A stretch of 64,000 nucleotides of DNA, from the NCBI GenBank assembly GCA_017889625.1, contig JAGGAD010000002.1, positions 119,940 to 183,939 on the forward strand, given 5' to 3'. The stretch's first letter is position 1, and every line of letters begins with the position of its first letter. The translations under genes were made by a program, and so were the position numbers. This DNA comes from Bacillota bacterium (GTDB taxonomy: Bacteria > Bacillota > Negativicutes > Sporomusales > CTSoil-080). This document shows positions 26,821 through 35,638 of this stretch, piece by piece. The notes below the pieces were generated by a model. It was not told the origin of the DNA. It saw only the letters and a program-made list of their open reading frames with translations, and made no database searches.

Positions 26821-27156
26821 ATGGGCGAAACGGATTGGGTTAAAGTTGTCGAGGCAGTTTGTTCGGTTGTAACAACTTATATTGCAATTGAGCAATTTCG
26901 GGATGAACGGGTTAAGTATCGGGAAAAGGTTTATGACATAATGGATAAAGCGATAATTAAACGGGCGGAAAAAGAATTGGCCTTGCTTACGGATATGCTT
27001 CGCAAAACGCATAAGCAAGAGATTGCGGAAAAACTGGAAACTTTAGAATTAGAATCAGAATATGGTCAAATTATTCTTAAAAGCTATATTGACAGTCAAA
27101 AAGTTTTAATGCCGGTAATTGAACAGTCTTACGCTGAATTGGGGTTTGTGGATTAG
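26821..27156 (+). CDS. Hypothetical protein (111 aa, helical/charged)
   Basis: The RBS AGGGGGA precedes the ATG. No motif was recognised. Confidence 0.5.
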   Translation: MGETDWVKVVEAVCSVVTTYIAIEQFRDERVKYREKVYDIMDKAIIKRAEKELALLTDMLRKTHKQEIAEKLETLELESEYGQIILKSYIDSQKVLMPVIEQSYAELGFVD

Positions 27157-27250
27157 AAGGATAATTTAATTTACAAAATATACTGCGGATTGCGACTGAT
27201 GTTTGTGAAAAACTATATATAAAATGTTGCAACAAGGAGGGCGCAGAGCA

Positions 27251-27781
27251 ATGAATGATCGTCATCGCACTCTAGATAAATTTATGAAAGCATCGAAGAA
27301 AGTCGCCGCTGCGGCGCTGGCTGGTGCAGCTATTATGTCATCAGTGGTGCTAGCGCCGGTAGTGTCAGCAGCTACTCCGCCAGAAGTAACTGCTCCTCCG
27401 GAACAAACACAGCAAGCCGCGGCGAGTCGGGAGACTGCTAAGCCACCGGTTAATTTTGAAAAAGTTCTGCACATCAAAGCTACAGCTTATGCTCCTGGAG
27501 CACATGACAATGAGCAATGGGGCAATAAAACTCATTTGGGTACTCAGGTTAGACCGGGAATTATTGCGGTTGATCCTAAAGTTATTCCATTGGGGTCAAA
27601 GGTATATATTGAGTATCCTGATGGGAAGGGTGTGTATGCGGTAGCTGAGGATACTGGTGGAGCAATTAAAGGTCATCGTATTGATGTTGCAAAATGGACA
27701 GTCAAGGAAGCTGAAAAATTTGGTATCCAGAATGTCAAAGTGTATGTTGTTAGCACGCCTGCTAGTAAAGCGAAAGTTTAG
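27251..27781 (+). CDS. 3D-domain (MltA-like fold) cell-wall protein
   Basis: A signal peptide is followed by the 3D domain (ATAYAPG...GIIAVDPKVIPLGSKVYI...AEDTGGAIKGHRIDV). AAGGAGGG precedes the ATG at 27251. Confidence 0.8.
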   Translation: MNDRHRTLDKFMKASKKVAAAALAGAAIMSSVVLAPVVSAATPPEVTAPPEQTQQAAASRETAKPPVNFEKVLHIKATAYAPGAHDNEQWGNKTHLGTQVRPGIIAVDPKVIPLGSKVYIEYPDGKGVYAVAEDTGGAIKGHRIDVAKWTVKEAEKFGIQNVKVYVVSTPASKAKV

Positions 27782-27894
27782 ACGAACCTAAGTAGTAAAA
27801 TAGGCTAAAACCTGCCAGGATTAAAACCATAATAGGAATTATGAGGGGTGCCAGTTATCTTTGGAGGATAGAATTGCTAAAAATTAAATTGAGT

Positions 27895-27926
27895 AAAATC
27901 CTGACTTCTGTCAGGATTTTATTTTC
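27895..27926 (+). terminator. Intrinsic terminator
   Basis: The stem aaaatcctgac / gtcaggatttt is followed by a T run. Confidence 0.8.
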
Positions 27927-27927
27927 T

Positions 27928-27999
27928 CGAACATTTGTACCATTTTTACTTGATTTGTACCACGCCTAGATTTATAATTATCCTGCGAACAAACGTTCT
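27928..27999 (+). promoter_or_regulatory. SOS-type promoter: sigma-A promoter flanked by LexA (Cheo) boxes
   Basis: The promoter is TTGATT (27950-27955), a 17-nt spacer, then TATAAT (27973-27978). CGAACAAACGTTCT (27986-27999) matches CGAAC-N4-GTTC. A weaker CGAACATTTGTAC lies at 27928-27940. Confidence 0.65.
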
Positions 28000-28018
28000 T
28001 TTAAGAGGTGGGTACAAA

Positions 28019-29205
28019 TTGAGTCGTACAATATTACATGTAGATTTGAACAATTGCTATGCCAGTATCGAATGCCTGTACAGACCTGAGATTTTTTAGC
28101 TAAGAATTATCTTGCAAAAGCAATGGGGGTTAAAACAGGTGAGGTTCTTTGGCAAGCGAAACAAAAATGTCCGGGGCTTGTAATTGTGCCGCCGGACTTT
28201 AAAAAATATCTGAGGTTTTCACGTATGGCGCGAGAGATATATGCTGATTATACCAATCAAATTGAAGCGTTTGGGATTGATGAAAATTGGTTGGATGTGA
28301 CCGGTGCTGAACACATATCTGGCGACGGTGAAAAGATTGCCGATACTATTCGCCAACGAGTGAAAAGTGAACTAGGTGTTACTGTGTCCGTGGGCGTTTC
28401 CTGGAATAAGACTTTTGCTAAACTCGGTAGCGACATGAAAAAGCCAGATGCGATAACGGTAATTTCCGAAAATAACTTTAAACAAAAGGTATGGCCGTTG
28501 CCGGTTGGTGACTTATTATACGTTGGTCGGGCTACTAAGCAAAAATTTGCGAATCGTGCTATTTTTACTATCGGAGATTTAGCAAAACGTAATGTACGCG
28601 ACTTAAAATTACTGCTGGGAGTATGGGGAGAAACACTGTGGCAGTTTGCCAATGGGTTTGATAACGCTCCTATCAGGCAATTGGGCGAAGAAAGCATAGT
28701 TAAGTCGGTAGGGAATAGCACTACGACAGTGCGAGACTTAGTAAATATAGAAGATGTTAAACTGATTATTTATGTGCTGGCCGAAAGCGTTGCGGTACGC
28801 CTGCGGAGTCATGGATTAAAATGCACTACGGTTGCTATTAGCGTGCGTAATAATGAATTGATATCATTTGAACGCCAGGGCAAAATTTCTACCCCAACTT
28901 TTGTATCTGGGGATATTGCCGCTAAAGCAATGGAATTGTTTAAAGCAAACTACACATGGGATAAACCAATTCGCAGCCTTGGTGTGCGTGGAGCTGACTT
29001 AGTAACGGCTGATAGGCATATTCAACTTAATTTGTTCAAATGCGATCAATCGGATAGAGAATCATTGGAACGGACTATTGATAGCCTGCGTGAACGGTTT
29101 GGTTCATACTGTATCCAGCGGTGTGCAATGATGATCGATAGTAATTTGACCGGATTCAACCCGAAGAATGATCATGTTATTCATCCGGTTGCGTTTACAA
29201 GGTGA
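28019..29205 (+). pseudogene. Y-family DNA polymerase (DinB/UvrX/ImpB-like), disrupted near the 5' end
   Basis: TTG at 28019 follows AAGAGGTGG and gives LSRTILHVDLNNCYASIECLYRPEIF, then TAG at 28097-28099. The homologous sequence resumes in another frame (AKNYLAKAMGVKTGEVLWQAKQKCPGL), so the segment normally lying between these two motifs appears deleted. Confidence 0.75.
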
Positions 29206-29441
29206 GCGCCGTGGAAAAAGTATTTGTAGAAGTTACAGCAAAACATGATAAAGAGGGTAAGGTACGACCATTATCTATTAGTTGGGAAGACGGCCGGGAG
29301 TTAAAAATTGATCGGGTTATCGATGTGCGTAGGACCGCTTCACTAAAGGCTGGTGGTCTGGGAATTCGGTACACATGCAAAATTCTAGGCCGTGCGGTTT
29401 ATTTGTTTGACGATGAAGGTCGTTGGTTTATTGAAATGTAG
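29202..29441 (+). CDS. 79-aa protein of unknown function coupled to the Y-family polymerase gene
   Basis: The GTG overlaps the polymerase stop. The protein ends YLFDDEGRWFIEM. Three further degraded copies lie in this window. Confidence 0.6.
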   Translation: MSAVEKVFVEVTAKHDKEGKVRPLSISWEDGRELKIDRVIDVRRTASLKAGGLGIRYTCKILGRAVYLFDDEGRWFIEM

Positions 29442-29545
29442 AAAAAGAATATTGGAGTATTACCGTTGCTAGATTGACGGCGTAAATAAGCCCTGGCGTG
29501 TGCTGGGGCTTATATTTATTTTTACTAATATTACCAAAAAAAGTT

Positions 29546-29593
29546 TTATCCACATGGATAATCAAAAGGTAGTATTTTTATCCATGTGGATAA
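29546..29593 (+). promoter_or_regulatory. Pair of 16-nt palindromic boxes forming a long inverted repeat upstream of the OMP gene
   Basis: TTATCCACATGGATAA (29546-29561) and its exact reverse complement TTATCCATGTGGATAA (29578-29593) are separated by 16 nt. Confidence 0.6.
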
Positions 29594-29665
29594 TTAACAT
29601 ATTTAGATATATATGTTAAACTGATGTTCATATGCTTTTAAATATTATATTATGAGGTGAATACA

Positions 29666-30346
29666 TTGAAAAAAACTTTATCCGCACTTATTTTATCGAT
29701 GCTATTTTGTAGTGTTGCCGCAGCATCGCCGCTTACAGACTATTCACAAGGAAGCACAGCTATTGATCTTACGATGAGAAACGTACATTCGCATTGGCAA
29801 GAGCTTTATGGAAGTAGTACCACTTACTCTTATCAAGGGACAAAGTATAATGGCGACTTTTCCTATACATTAGGTTTGGGAAATCGGCTTGCGGTACAAT
29901 ATCGTTACTTTGCTCCCCAATTTAATAACTATTATAGCTATCAGACGATAGGTCATGAAATGAAAACAAGTGAAATTAATGTTTTATATCAATTAAATAA
30001 GAACGTATCAGTATTTGCGGGCCGAGTTCATGCGGAAAATGCTTGGACTAATTCTTACTCTAAATACTATAATTGGGCAGATTATGAATATGTTGATAGA
30101 AATATAGCCCAGGTGGGCGTTGTAGGAAATAGGTCTATTGGATCTAAGACTACGTTATGGGGAAGTTTAGGTCTGGGCCGAGACTTAACTGATTTTACAG
30201 TAGGTGTAGGCTATAAGTTTTCACCGGTAATGGAGTTTAATGTAGATTATCGTGCATTGACGATAAAGAAATTTTGGGAGAATATTGGTTATACCGATGA
30301 GATGAAATCTAAAGGTCTAGGCTTTGGTCTTACCTATAAATATTAA
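29666..30346 (+). CDS. Small outer-membrane beta-barrel protein
   Basis: It has a signal peptide (LILSMLFCSVAAA), alternating aromatic/polar beta-strand patterns and a C-terminal GFGLTYKY. TTG at 29666 follows GAGGTG. Confidence 0.7.
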   Translation: MKKTLSALILSMLFCSVAAASPLTDYSQGSTAIDLTMRNVHSHWQELYGSSTTYSYQGTKYNGDFSYTLGLGNRLAVQYRYFAPQFNNYYSYQTIGHEMKTSEINVLYQLNKNVSVFAGRVHAENAWTNSYSKYYNWADYEYVDRNIAQVGVVGNRSIGSKTTLWGSLGLGRDLTDFTVGVGYKFSPVMEFNVDYRALTIKKFWENIGYTDEMKSKGLGFGLTYKY

Positions 30347-30354
30347 TCCAAAGA

Positions 30355-30388
30355 AGAAGGAGCTACCCATTGCGGGCGGCTCCTTTTC
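30355..30388 (+). terminator. Intrinsic terminator after the OMP gene (repeated module)
   Basis: The stem aaggagc ... gctcctt is followed by a T run. Near-identical modules lie at 36322-36356 and 37193-37228. Confidence 0.6.
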
Positions 30389-30950
30389 CACGCAATATGC
30401 TTAATGATGATTTTTAGGATTAGCACCAGTAGATATATTGGAAAATAATCTATAGTAAGGATAAATTTTAAAGGGATGATCAATATGTTCCTTAATATTT
30501 ATTTACCAAGGCTCTGCTTGCTATTTCTTATTTGGTTTCTGGCATTTCTAATCGTATATATTTCATATGGTATAAGCAACTATATGAAAAGAAGAACAAA
30601 AATAAAGTAACTATTAATTGGTGCCAGCGTACAAATCTGGAATCATTTGCTCATAGTCTCTGTTAACAAGCCATGCTATAGTAAAACTGCATTTCGATAT
30701 TATTACATACTCCCGGCTACATGGTGGGAGTTTTTCTTTTGTCACAAATTTTTCACACTTATGTAACATCTTTGTCAAAATATAAGAATATGATGTGTTT
30801 ATAAAACAACGACAGGCACAGCATATTTAGCTCCCTTTTAGTACTGTATCCGTCGATGATATATATCCTCCTATCAGTGCCCTGCCGAAATGGCGGGGCT
30901 ATTTTTCCATGTAAATTTCAGGTAAATCATATATAATTAAACTTAATCTG

Positions 30951-31056
30951 GTAACCGATGTGCGTAAAGCCGCTTCTCTAAGGGATGGTGGCGTGAGATA
31001 AGCGGTAAACAATTATATTTGTTTGAGGATGAAGGCCGTGGTTTATTAAGAAGTGA
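30951..31056 (+). pseudogene. 3' remnant of the 79-aa gene (copy C)
   Basis: gtaaccgatgtgcgtaaagccgcttctctaagg...tatttgtttgaggatgaaggccgtggtttattaagaagtga aligns by eye with 29316-29441 and contains internal stops. Confidence 0.6.
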
Positions 31057-31160
31057 TATTTGAGTGATAGGTTGACGGCATAAGGAAAGCCAGGAGCTGT
31101 TGTTGCGTTGCTCCTGGTTTCTTCATTTATATATATATCCTAACATAGGGTAAACAAAAA

Positions 31161-32609
31161 TTATTTTCCTGGAAAATTTAGTTTTGAAATTCTAGTCTGA
31201 GAAATATTTGCTGTCTGTTGATCACCACGTGACCAACAGATGATAGCACCGATTGCTCCAATAATTGCTGCTACGAGATAGGTATCGTGCAAAGCTAGTG
31301 TGAAACTGGCATTGCTGTTCAAATATGAATATCTAGCCAATTGGGTGCTAAAAACAGCGCCGCTGACAGCAACTCCCATTACTTGACCAATATTGCGCAT
31401 TAAGGCTAGCATTCCAGAGGCAACGCCAATCTGATTTTTTGGAGCGCTTCCCATGATGGCATTATTGTTTGGCGCGAGAAATAAGCCGGTACCGATTCCG
31501 ACTAAAGCTAATCCGGCGGTAATTATCAAATAGCTAAAGCTTTCCGTGTGACTGAGAATAATGGTACCAGTACATATTACGACCATTCCTATGGAAGTTA
31601 AAAGTCGTGAGTTTAGTCGGTCAGATAGCGCTCCGGCTACTGGTGAAGTCAGTAGCATTGTTAATGGAAAAACGCTCATCAAATAACCGGATATTTTCGT
31701 TGGTAATACTAAAAAGTTTACCAGATAGAATGGCATCAGAAAAGTTACCGTATATTGGGTCAAGTAATTAATCATGGCCGAAACGTTGCTGGCTAAGAAG
31801 ACGCGATTACGGAAAAGCATGAAATTAACCATAGGATATTGACATTTGGTTTCGATGGTAATAAATATTATAAACGAAACTAGTGTAGTAAAAAATAAGC
31901 TGATAATAATTAGAGAGCCCCATCCCCAAACTTGTCCGTGACTTAAAGCAAGCAAAAAAGTACTAAGGCTAATAAAAATAGTAATTGCGCCACCAAAATC
32001 AAACTTTTGTGTTTTTTTATCTTTTGTGGGTAATAACATCCATGCCCAGAAAGTGCCGATAATTCCTATAGGAATGTTAATAGTAAATATTGATTGCCAA
32101 CCGAAAGTTTGAACTAAATAGCCGCCAAATGATGGACCGGCCGCAAGTCCTAGCGAGACAAACATGGCATTAATTCCAATTGCTTTACCTCTTTCTGAGG
32201 GTAAAAAAGTATCTGCTACAATAGCCTGGACGACGGCTAAAATGGCTCCTGCTCCAATTGCTTGTAACGCGCGTGAGGCTATGAGTGCCCATATATTTGG
32301 TGAGAGGCTATTAGACAATGAAGCTATGGTGAAGATGGCAAAACCGCTAATAAAAACCGGGCGGTGACCATACATATCTCCAAGTCTGCCATAGGTTAAA
32401 AGTAGACTGCTAATAAGTAATAAATAAATCATAACAACCCATTCGACATTGTTGATAGTTGTATGAAAGTAATTTGTAATTTCCGGCATGGCTATGTTCA
32501 CAATACTAGCATCTAGCGTTGACATAAACACGCCGAGAACAGTAGTCGAATGGATTAGCCATTTACGAATAACAGGCACCTTAGTGAAGTTGGCTAATAA
32601 ATGTAGCAT
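31161..32609 (-). CDS. MFS drug:H+ antiporter, DHA2 (EmrB/QacA, 14-TMS) family
   Basis: It has 14 predicted hydrophobic segments, FMSTLDASIVNIAMPEI, GRLGDMYGHR (motif A) and LQAIGAGAI. Confidence 0.85.
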   Translation of the reverse strand: MLHLLANFTKVPVIRKWLIHSTTVLGVFMSTLDASIVNIAMPEITNYFHTTINNVEWVVMIYLLLISSLLLTYGRLGDMYGHRPVFISGFAIFTIASLSNSLSPNIWALIASRALQAIGAGAILAVVQAIVADTFLPSERGKAIGINAMFVSLGLAAGPSFGGYLVQTFGWQSIFTINIPIGIIGTFWAWMLLPTKDKKTQKFDFGGAITIFISLSTFLLALSHGQVWGWGSLIIISLFFTTLVSFIIFITIETKCQYPMVNFMLFRNRVFLASNVSAMINYLTQYTVTFLMPFYLVNFLVLPTKISGYLMSVFPLTMLLTSPVAGALSDRLNSRLLTSIGMVVICTGTIILSHTESFSYLIITAGLALVGIGTGLFLAPNNNAIMGSAPKNQIGVASGMLALMRNIGQVMGVAVSGAVFSTQLARYSYLNSNASFTLALHDTYLVAAIIGAIGAIICWSRGDQQTANISQTRISKLNFPGK

Positions 32610-32740
32610 AAAATCCCTCTCTTTATATGCATGTTATAACTGAGAAGTAACGTTATATATTATATTAAATACTACAACAAATGTTCCTTTTTAATCCAAC
32701 TTGCTTTTCATAGGATTGACCGTGGTCTCAACGCGCGCCA

Positions 32741-32829
32741 AGCGGCTGGTATATATGGTACACAGCAAGGTAATGGGTAAGCAAATTTATTTGTTTGATG
32801 ATGAAGGCCGATGGTTTATTGAGAAGTGA
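32741..32829 (+). pseudogene. 3' remnant of the 79-aa gene (copy D)
   Basis: gcggctggt...ggtacaca...atttatttgtttgatgatgaaggccgatggtttattgagaagtga aligns with the 3' end of 29202-29441. Confidence 0.6.
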
Positions 32830-32880
32830 CATAAGTTATCGATTTATTATCGGACATCAGCTTTTGCTTTTGTCTGAGCA

Positions 32881-32920
32881 AAAAAAATGGCTACCACAAC
32901 ATATGTGGTAGCCATTTTTG
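32881..32920. terminator. Bidirectional intrinsic terminator downstream of the 611-aa gene
   Basis: The stem aaaaatggctaccaca / tgtggtagccattttt has A/T runs on both sides. Confidence 0.75.
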
Positions 32921-33017
32921 CCTGGTGTAGATATTTTGATTTATTTAATTAATGCCTTGGATTAATCATTACTCATGTTATAGCAGTGTACCTTATTCAA
33001 GACACTGATTCTAATTT

Positions 33018-34853
33018 TTAGTTGACCGTCAGAATAATCGCTCCCGTATATGTAGTGCCGGCAATGATTGACATGGTAGTGCCGTTGACGGTCATGGAGA
33101 CGCTGCACCCTTCGGGAGCAGTGATCGTTGAGGTCGAGTCAACAGTAAGGGAAGTGAGATAAGAGGTGGCGGTTACTGTCCATTTGGAATCGGAGTTTAA
33201 AACGACAATGGCGCCGTTGTTGATCGCCGCGCGCGGGGTATTAGTAACTTCACCCAGTTCCGCGTATTCCGAAGAACTGATGCTGGCAACGCGGTGATGG
33301 GCTTCGGTTGACGAGACCACGCCGGTAAGGTTGGAGTTATTGAGGGTAACCACCATGTTTTGCTTGGTGACGCTGGAACTGGTCCAACCTATCGCGTTAT
33401 AACAATCTCCCGTCAAGGTGATGTTGTTGAGGTTTAGTGTTGCGGCGTCGGTTGTCGAGGTAAGATCAAATGATGTATCCGCCGTGGGCACGTTGGTAGT
33501 TCCATAATAGGGATCAGTGTAGGTTGCGGTGTTGGACTGTGTGTTGCCCGATGGGCCGGGATCGTCGTCGTCCATCACTTGCAAGATAATCCCGTTATCG
33601 GGGTTTATCTGGGCGCCAGCGGAACCGTCGATGGTGATGGTAATGGCCTCGGTGGTCTTGGCAAGAAAGGTGGCTTCAGCGGTATTGAACTCGGTGGCTC
33701 CGGCTATATTTACTGTGCCGCTGGAACCGTGCCACATCACGCCGAAACGGTCTGAGTTGACAATCGTCGGTTGCTGGTGAATGGCTGCGAGTTCTTTGGC
33801 GGTGAGACCGAGGGGGACGCTAGTGTTGAGCGCCGCAACGTTTGCCGCTGAGCTGTCGTCGTAGTAGATATAACCGCCTGTGTTTATAGTTGCGTAGGTG
33901 CCTACGTTGAATGTACTGCCATAGAGATACTCGTATGGATTACCAATGGCATAGGTGCCGTATCCATCATTGCCGGAGGTGGAAATCGTGCTGTTGATCA
34001 CGGTGAGCGTACCGTTGGAGCCGGAATCGACGGAGAGAACGCCCCAACCATCGGAGGTGATGGAGGAATTGATATAAGCGGCTTTAGAGTCGGTGCCTAG
34101 CAGATTGGTGGCGCGGACGTTGTCATAACCGTTGATGCCCAGCATCCATGGCACTGATCTCATGTAGTTTTGATCGACTGTTTGCACGTAATCAGAAGGC
34201 AGGGTGCCTTGCTTAGTATTGATGCTAGAATTCTTGACAATCACATTGCTTCCGTTATTGGCAATTACTCCGGTGCGGACCACGCCATGGGTGGAGATAT
34301 CGACGCCGTCCAGGACTAACGTGGTGTCGGTTCCTGTGGCCAGAACGGCAGTGCCATATCCTGCCATATCATTGCGGCCATCGCCGTCCATGGAGATTTT
34401 AACGGCGTTGATCGTGTAGTTTCCCCCGGCGACGAAGATGCCGTTGAAGTCCATGCCTGTCGAGGTGATTGAGAAGTCTTTAAGGGAAGTGACAGTTGGT
34501 GTTTTGCCGCTGATAGCATGAAGGACGGACAGATCTTCTTCTATGCCAGCCGCATCGAGATAAAGAGCTTCGCGAAGTGGGTAGGTAAGACTATTGAACG
34601 TCAGTGAGTTGGTCGTCGTCACCGTGAGCACGATGTCGCCGCTGTAGGTGCCGCTGACGAAAACTGTGTCAACGCCGTTTGTTGTTTCCAGTTCTTGCCC
34701 TGTTTCGACCCCGTCGACCGTTAGGGTTAGGCTGTAGCCTGTGGGAGCATCGAGATTGCCGCCGGACTCGATAATCAGTTCAGAGAGAGAGGTCGTCTCG
34801 CTGATTGTAACTGTGGTGTTTTCGGTAACTGTTAATGAATTTGAATATACCAT
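33018..34853 (-). CDS. Thr/Ser/Gly/Asn-rich beta-solenoid-like protein (611 aa), no signal peptide recognised
   Basis: This is a long ORF whose DNA is visibly richer in G+C than its neighbours. It carries repetitive short beta-strand motifs (TVT, LTV, INSS), and the N- and C-terminal modules resemble each other (YSLTLTVDGVE...TYSGDIVLTV versus CSVSMTVNGTT...TYTGAIILTV). Confidence 0.65.
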   Translation of the reverse strand: MVYSNSLTVTENTTVTISETTSLSELIIESGGNLDAPTGYSLTLTVDGVETGQELETTNGVDTVFVSGTYSGDIVLTVTTTNSLTFNSLTYPLREALYLDAAGIEEDLSVLHAISGKTPTVTSLKDFSITSTGMDFNGIFVAGGNYTINAVKISMDGDGRNDMAGYGTAVLATGTDTTLVLDGVDISTHGVVRTGVIANNGSNVIVKNSSINTKQGTLPSDYVQTVDQNYMRSVPWMLGINGYDNVRATNLLGTDSKAAYINSSITSDGWGVLSVDSGSNGTLTVINSTISTSGNDGYGTYAIGNPYEYLYGSTFNVGTYATINTGGYIYYDDSSAANVAALNTSVPLGLTAKELAAIHQQPTIVNSDRFGVMWHGSSGTVNIAGATEFNTAEATFLAKTTEAITITIDGSAGAQINPDNGIILQVMDDDDPGPSGNTQSNTATYTDPYYGTTNVPTADTSFDLTSTTDAATLNLNNITLTGDCYNAIGWTSSSVTKQNMVVTLNNSNLTGVVSSTEAHHRVASISSSEYAELGEVTNTPRAAINNGAIVVLNSDSKWTVTATSYLTSLTVDSTSTITAPEGCSVSMTVNGTTMSIIAGTTYTGAIILTVN

Positions 34854-35026
34854 TTTAAAATCCTCCTATATATTTATCTACCCATAGCAAAACAAAAAGA
34901 CCTAGCATTTAACTAAGCCTTTAAAATAACAAAATTTATTTGGTTTTTGTAAATCTTCTACGATACTATTATACCATGTAAATTATTGGAAAAGATATCA
35001 TCATTGTGTCATCATATCGCCAATAC

Positions 35027-35160
35027 AATTCGCAGCCTTGGAAAAACTATTGATATGCTTCGCAGTCGGTCTGTATCATGCTGTATCCAGCGGTGTGCAA
35101 TGATGCTCGATAGTAATTTGAAGATCATGTTATTTATCCTGTATCCTTCTTTAAGTAATA
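35027..35160 (+). pseudogene. Remnant of a Y-family polymerase 3' end (second copy)
   Basis: aattcgcagccttgg...tgtatccagcggtgtgcaatgatg(c)tcgatagtaatttga...catgttatt aligns with 28970-29190, with internal deletions. Confidence 0.65.
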
Positions 35161-35162
35161 GT

Positions 35163-35399
35163 ATGGGAAAAGTATTTGTAGAAGTGTTACAGCAAAACAT
35201 GATAAAGAGGGAATGGTACGGCCATTATCTATTATGTGGGAAGATGGCAGGGAGTTAAAAATTGATCGGGTTGTCGATGTACGTAAGGCCGGCCGCCTCT
35301 CTAAAGGCTGGCGGTCTGGGAATTCGGTACACATGTAAAATTCTAGGCCGCGCAGTTTATTTGTTTGACGATGAAGGACGTTGGTTTATAGAGAAGTAG
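35163..35399 (+). pseudogene. Frameshifted second full-length copy of the 79-aa gene (copy B)
   Basis: The copy is collinear with 29202-29441 but has an extra base in gaagtGttacagc versus gaagttacagc. It ends ...YLFDDEGRWFIEK. Confidence 0.7.
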
Positions 35400-35492
35400 A
35401 AATATTGGCGAATTGCCGTTGCTAGGTTGACGGCGTAAATAAGCCCTGGCGTGTGCCGGGACTTATTTTTTACCTAATTATTACCAGTGAAT

Positions 35493-35540
35493 TTATCCGC
35501 ATGGATAAATAGGAGGCAGTATTTTTATCCATGCGGATAA
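35493..35540 (+). promoter_or_regulatory. Second copy of the paired palindromic boxes (with compensatory substitutions)
   Basis: TTATCCGCATGGATAA (35493-35508) and TTATCCATGCGGATAA (35525-35540) are again exact reverse complements. The A-to-G change in box 1 is matched by a T-to-C change in box 2 relative to 29546-29593. Confidence 0.6.
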
Positions 35541-35638
35541 TTAACAAAGCGGGATGATTATGGTACACGTTTTAAACGTAATTTTATAATAATACGCAGC
35601 GATTTTTTATAAATAACAAATATATGAGGTGATTGATT

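Noticed and set aside
28257-28721. A 154-aa minus-strand ORF inside the polymerase gene. Similar antisense ORFs in the track include 573-758, 796-981, 2154-2456, 3432-3758, 8171-8551, 11516-11863, 14114-14647, 16676-17041, 21187-21483, 38356-38810, 42723-43133, 53371-53706 and 58550-58972.
   Set aside because: These are shadow ORFs lying entirely within well-supported genes on the opposite strand. They have no RBS and no recognisable motifs.
34986-35258. A 90-aa plus-strand ORF spanning the polymerase remnant and the start of the 79-aa gene copy.
   Set aside because: It is a chimeric reading across two decayed gene fragments. Its sequence (…CCIQRCAMMLDSNL…) is the polymerase C-terminus followed by out-of-frame 79-aa gene sequence.
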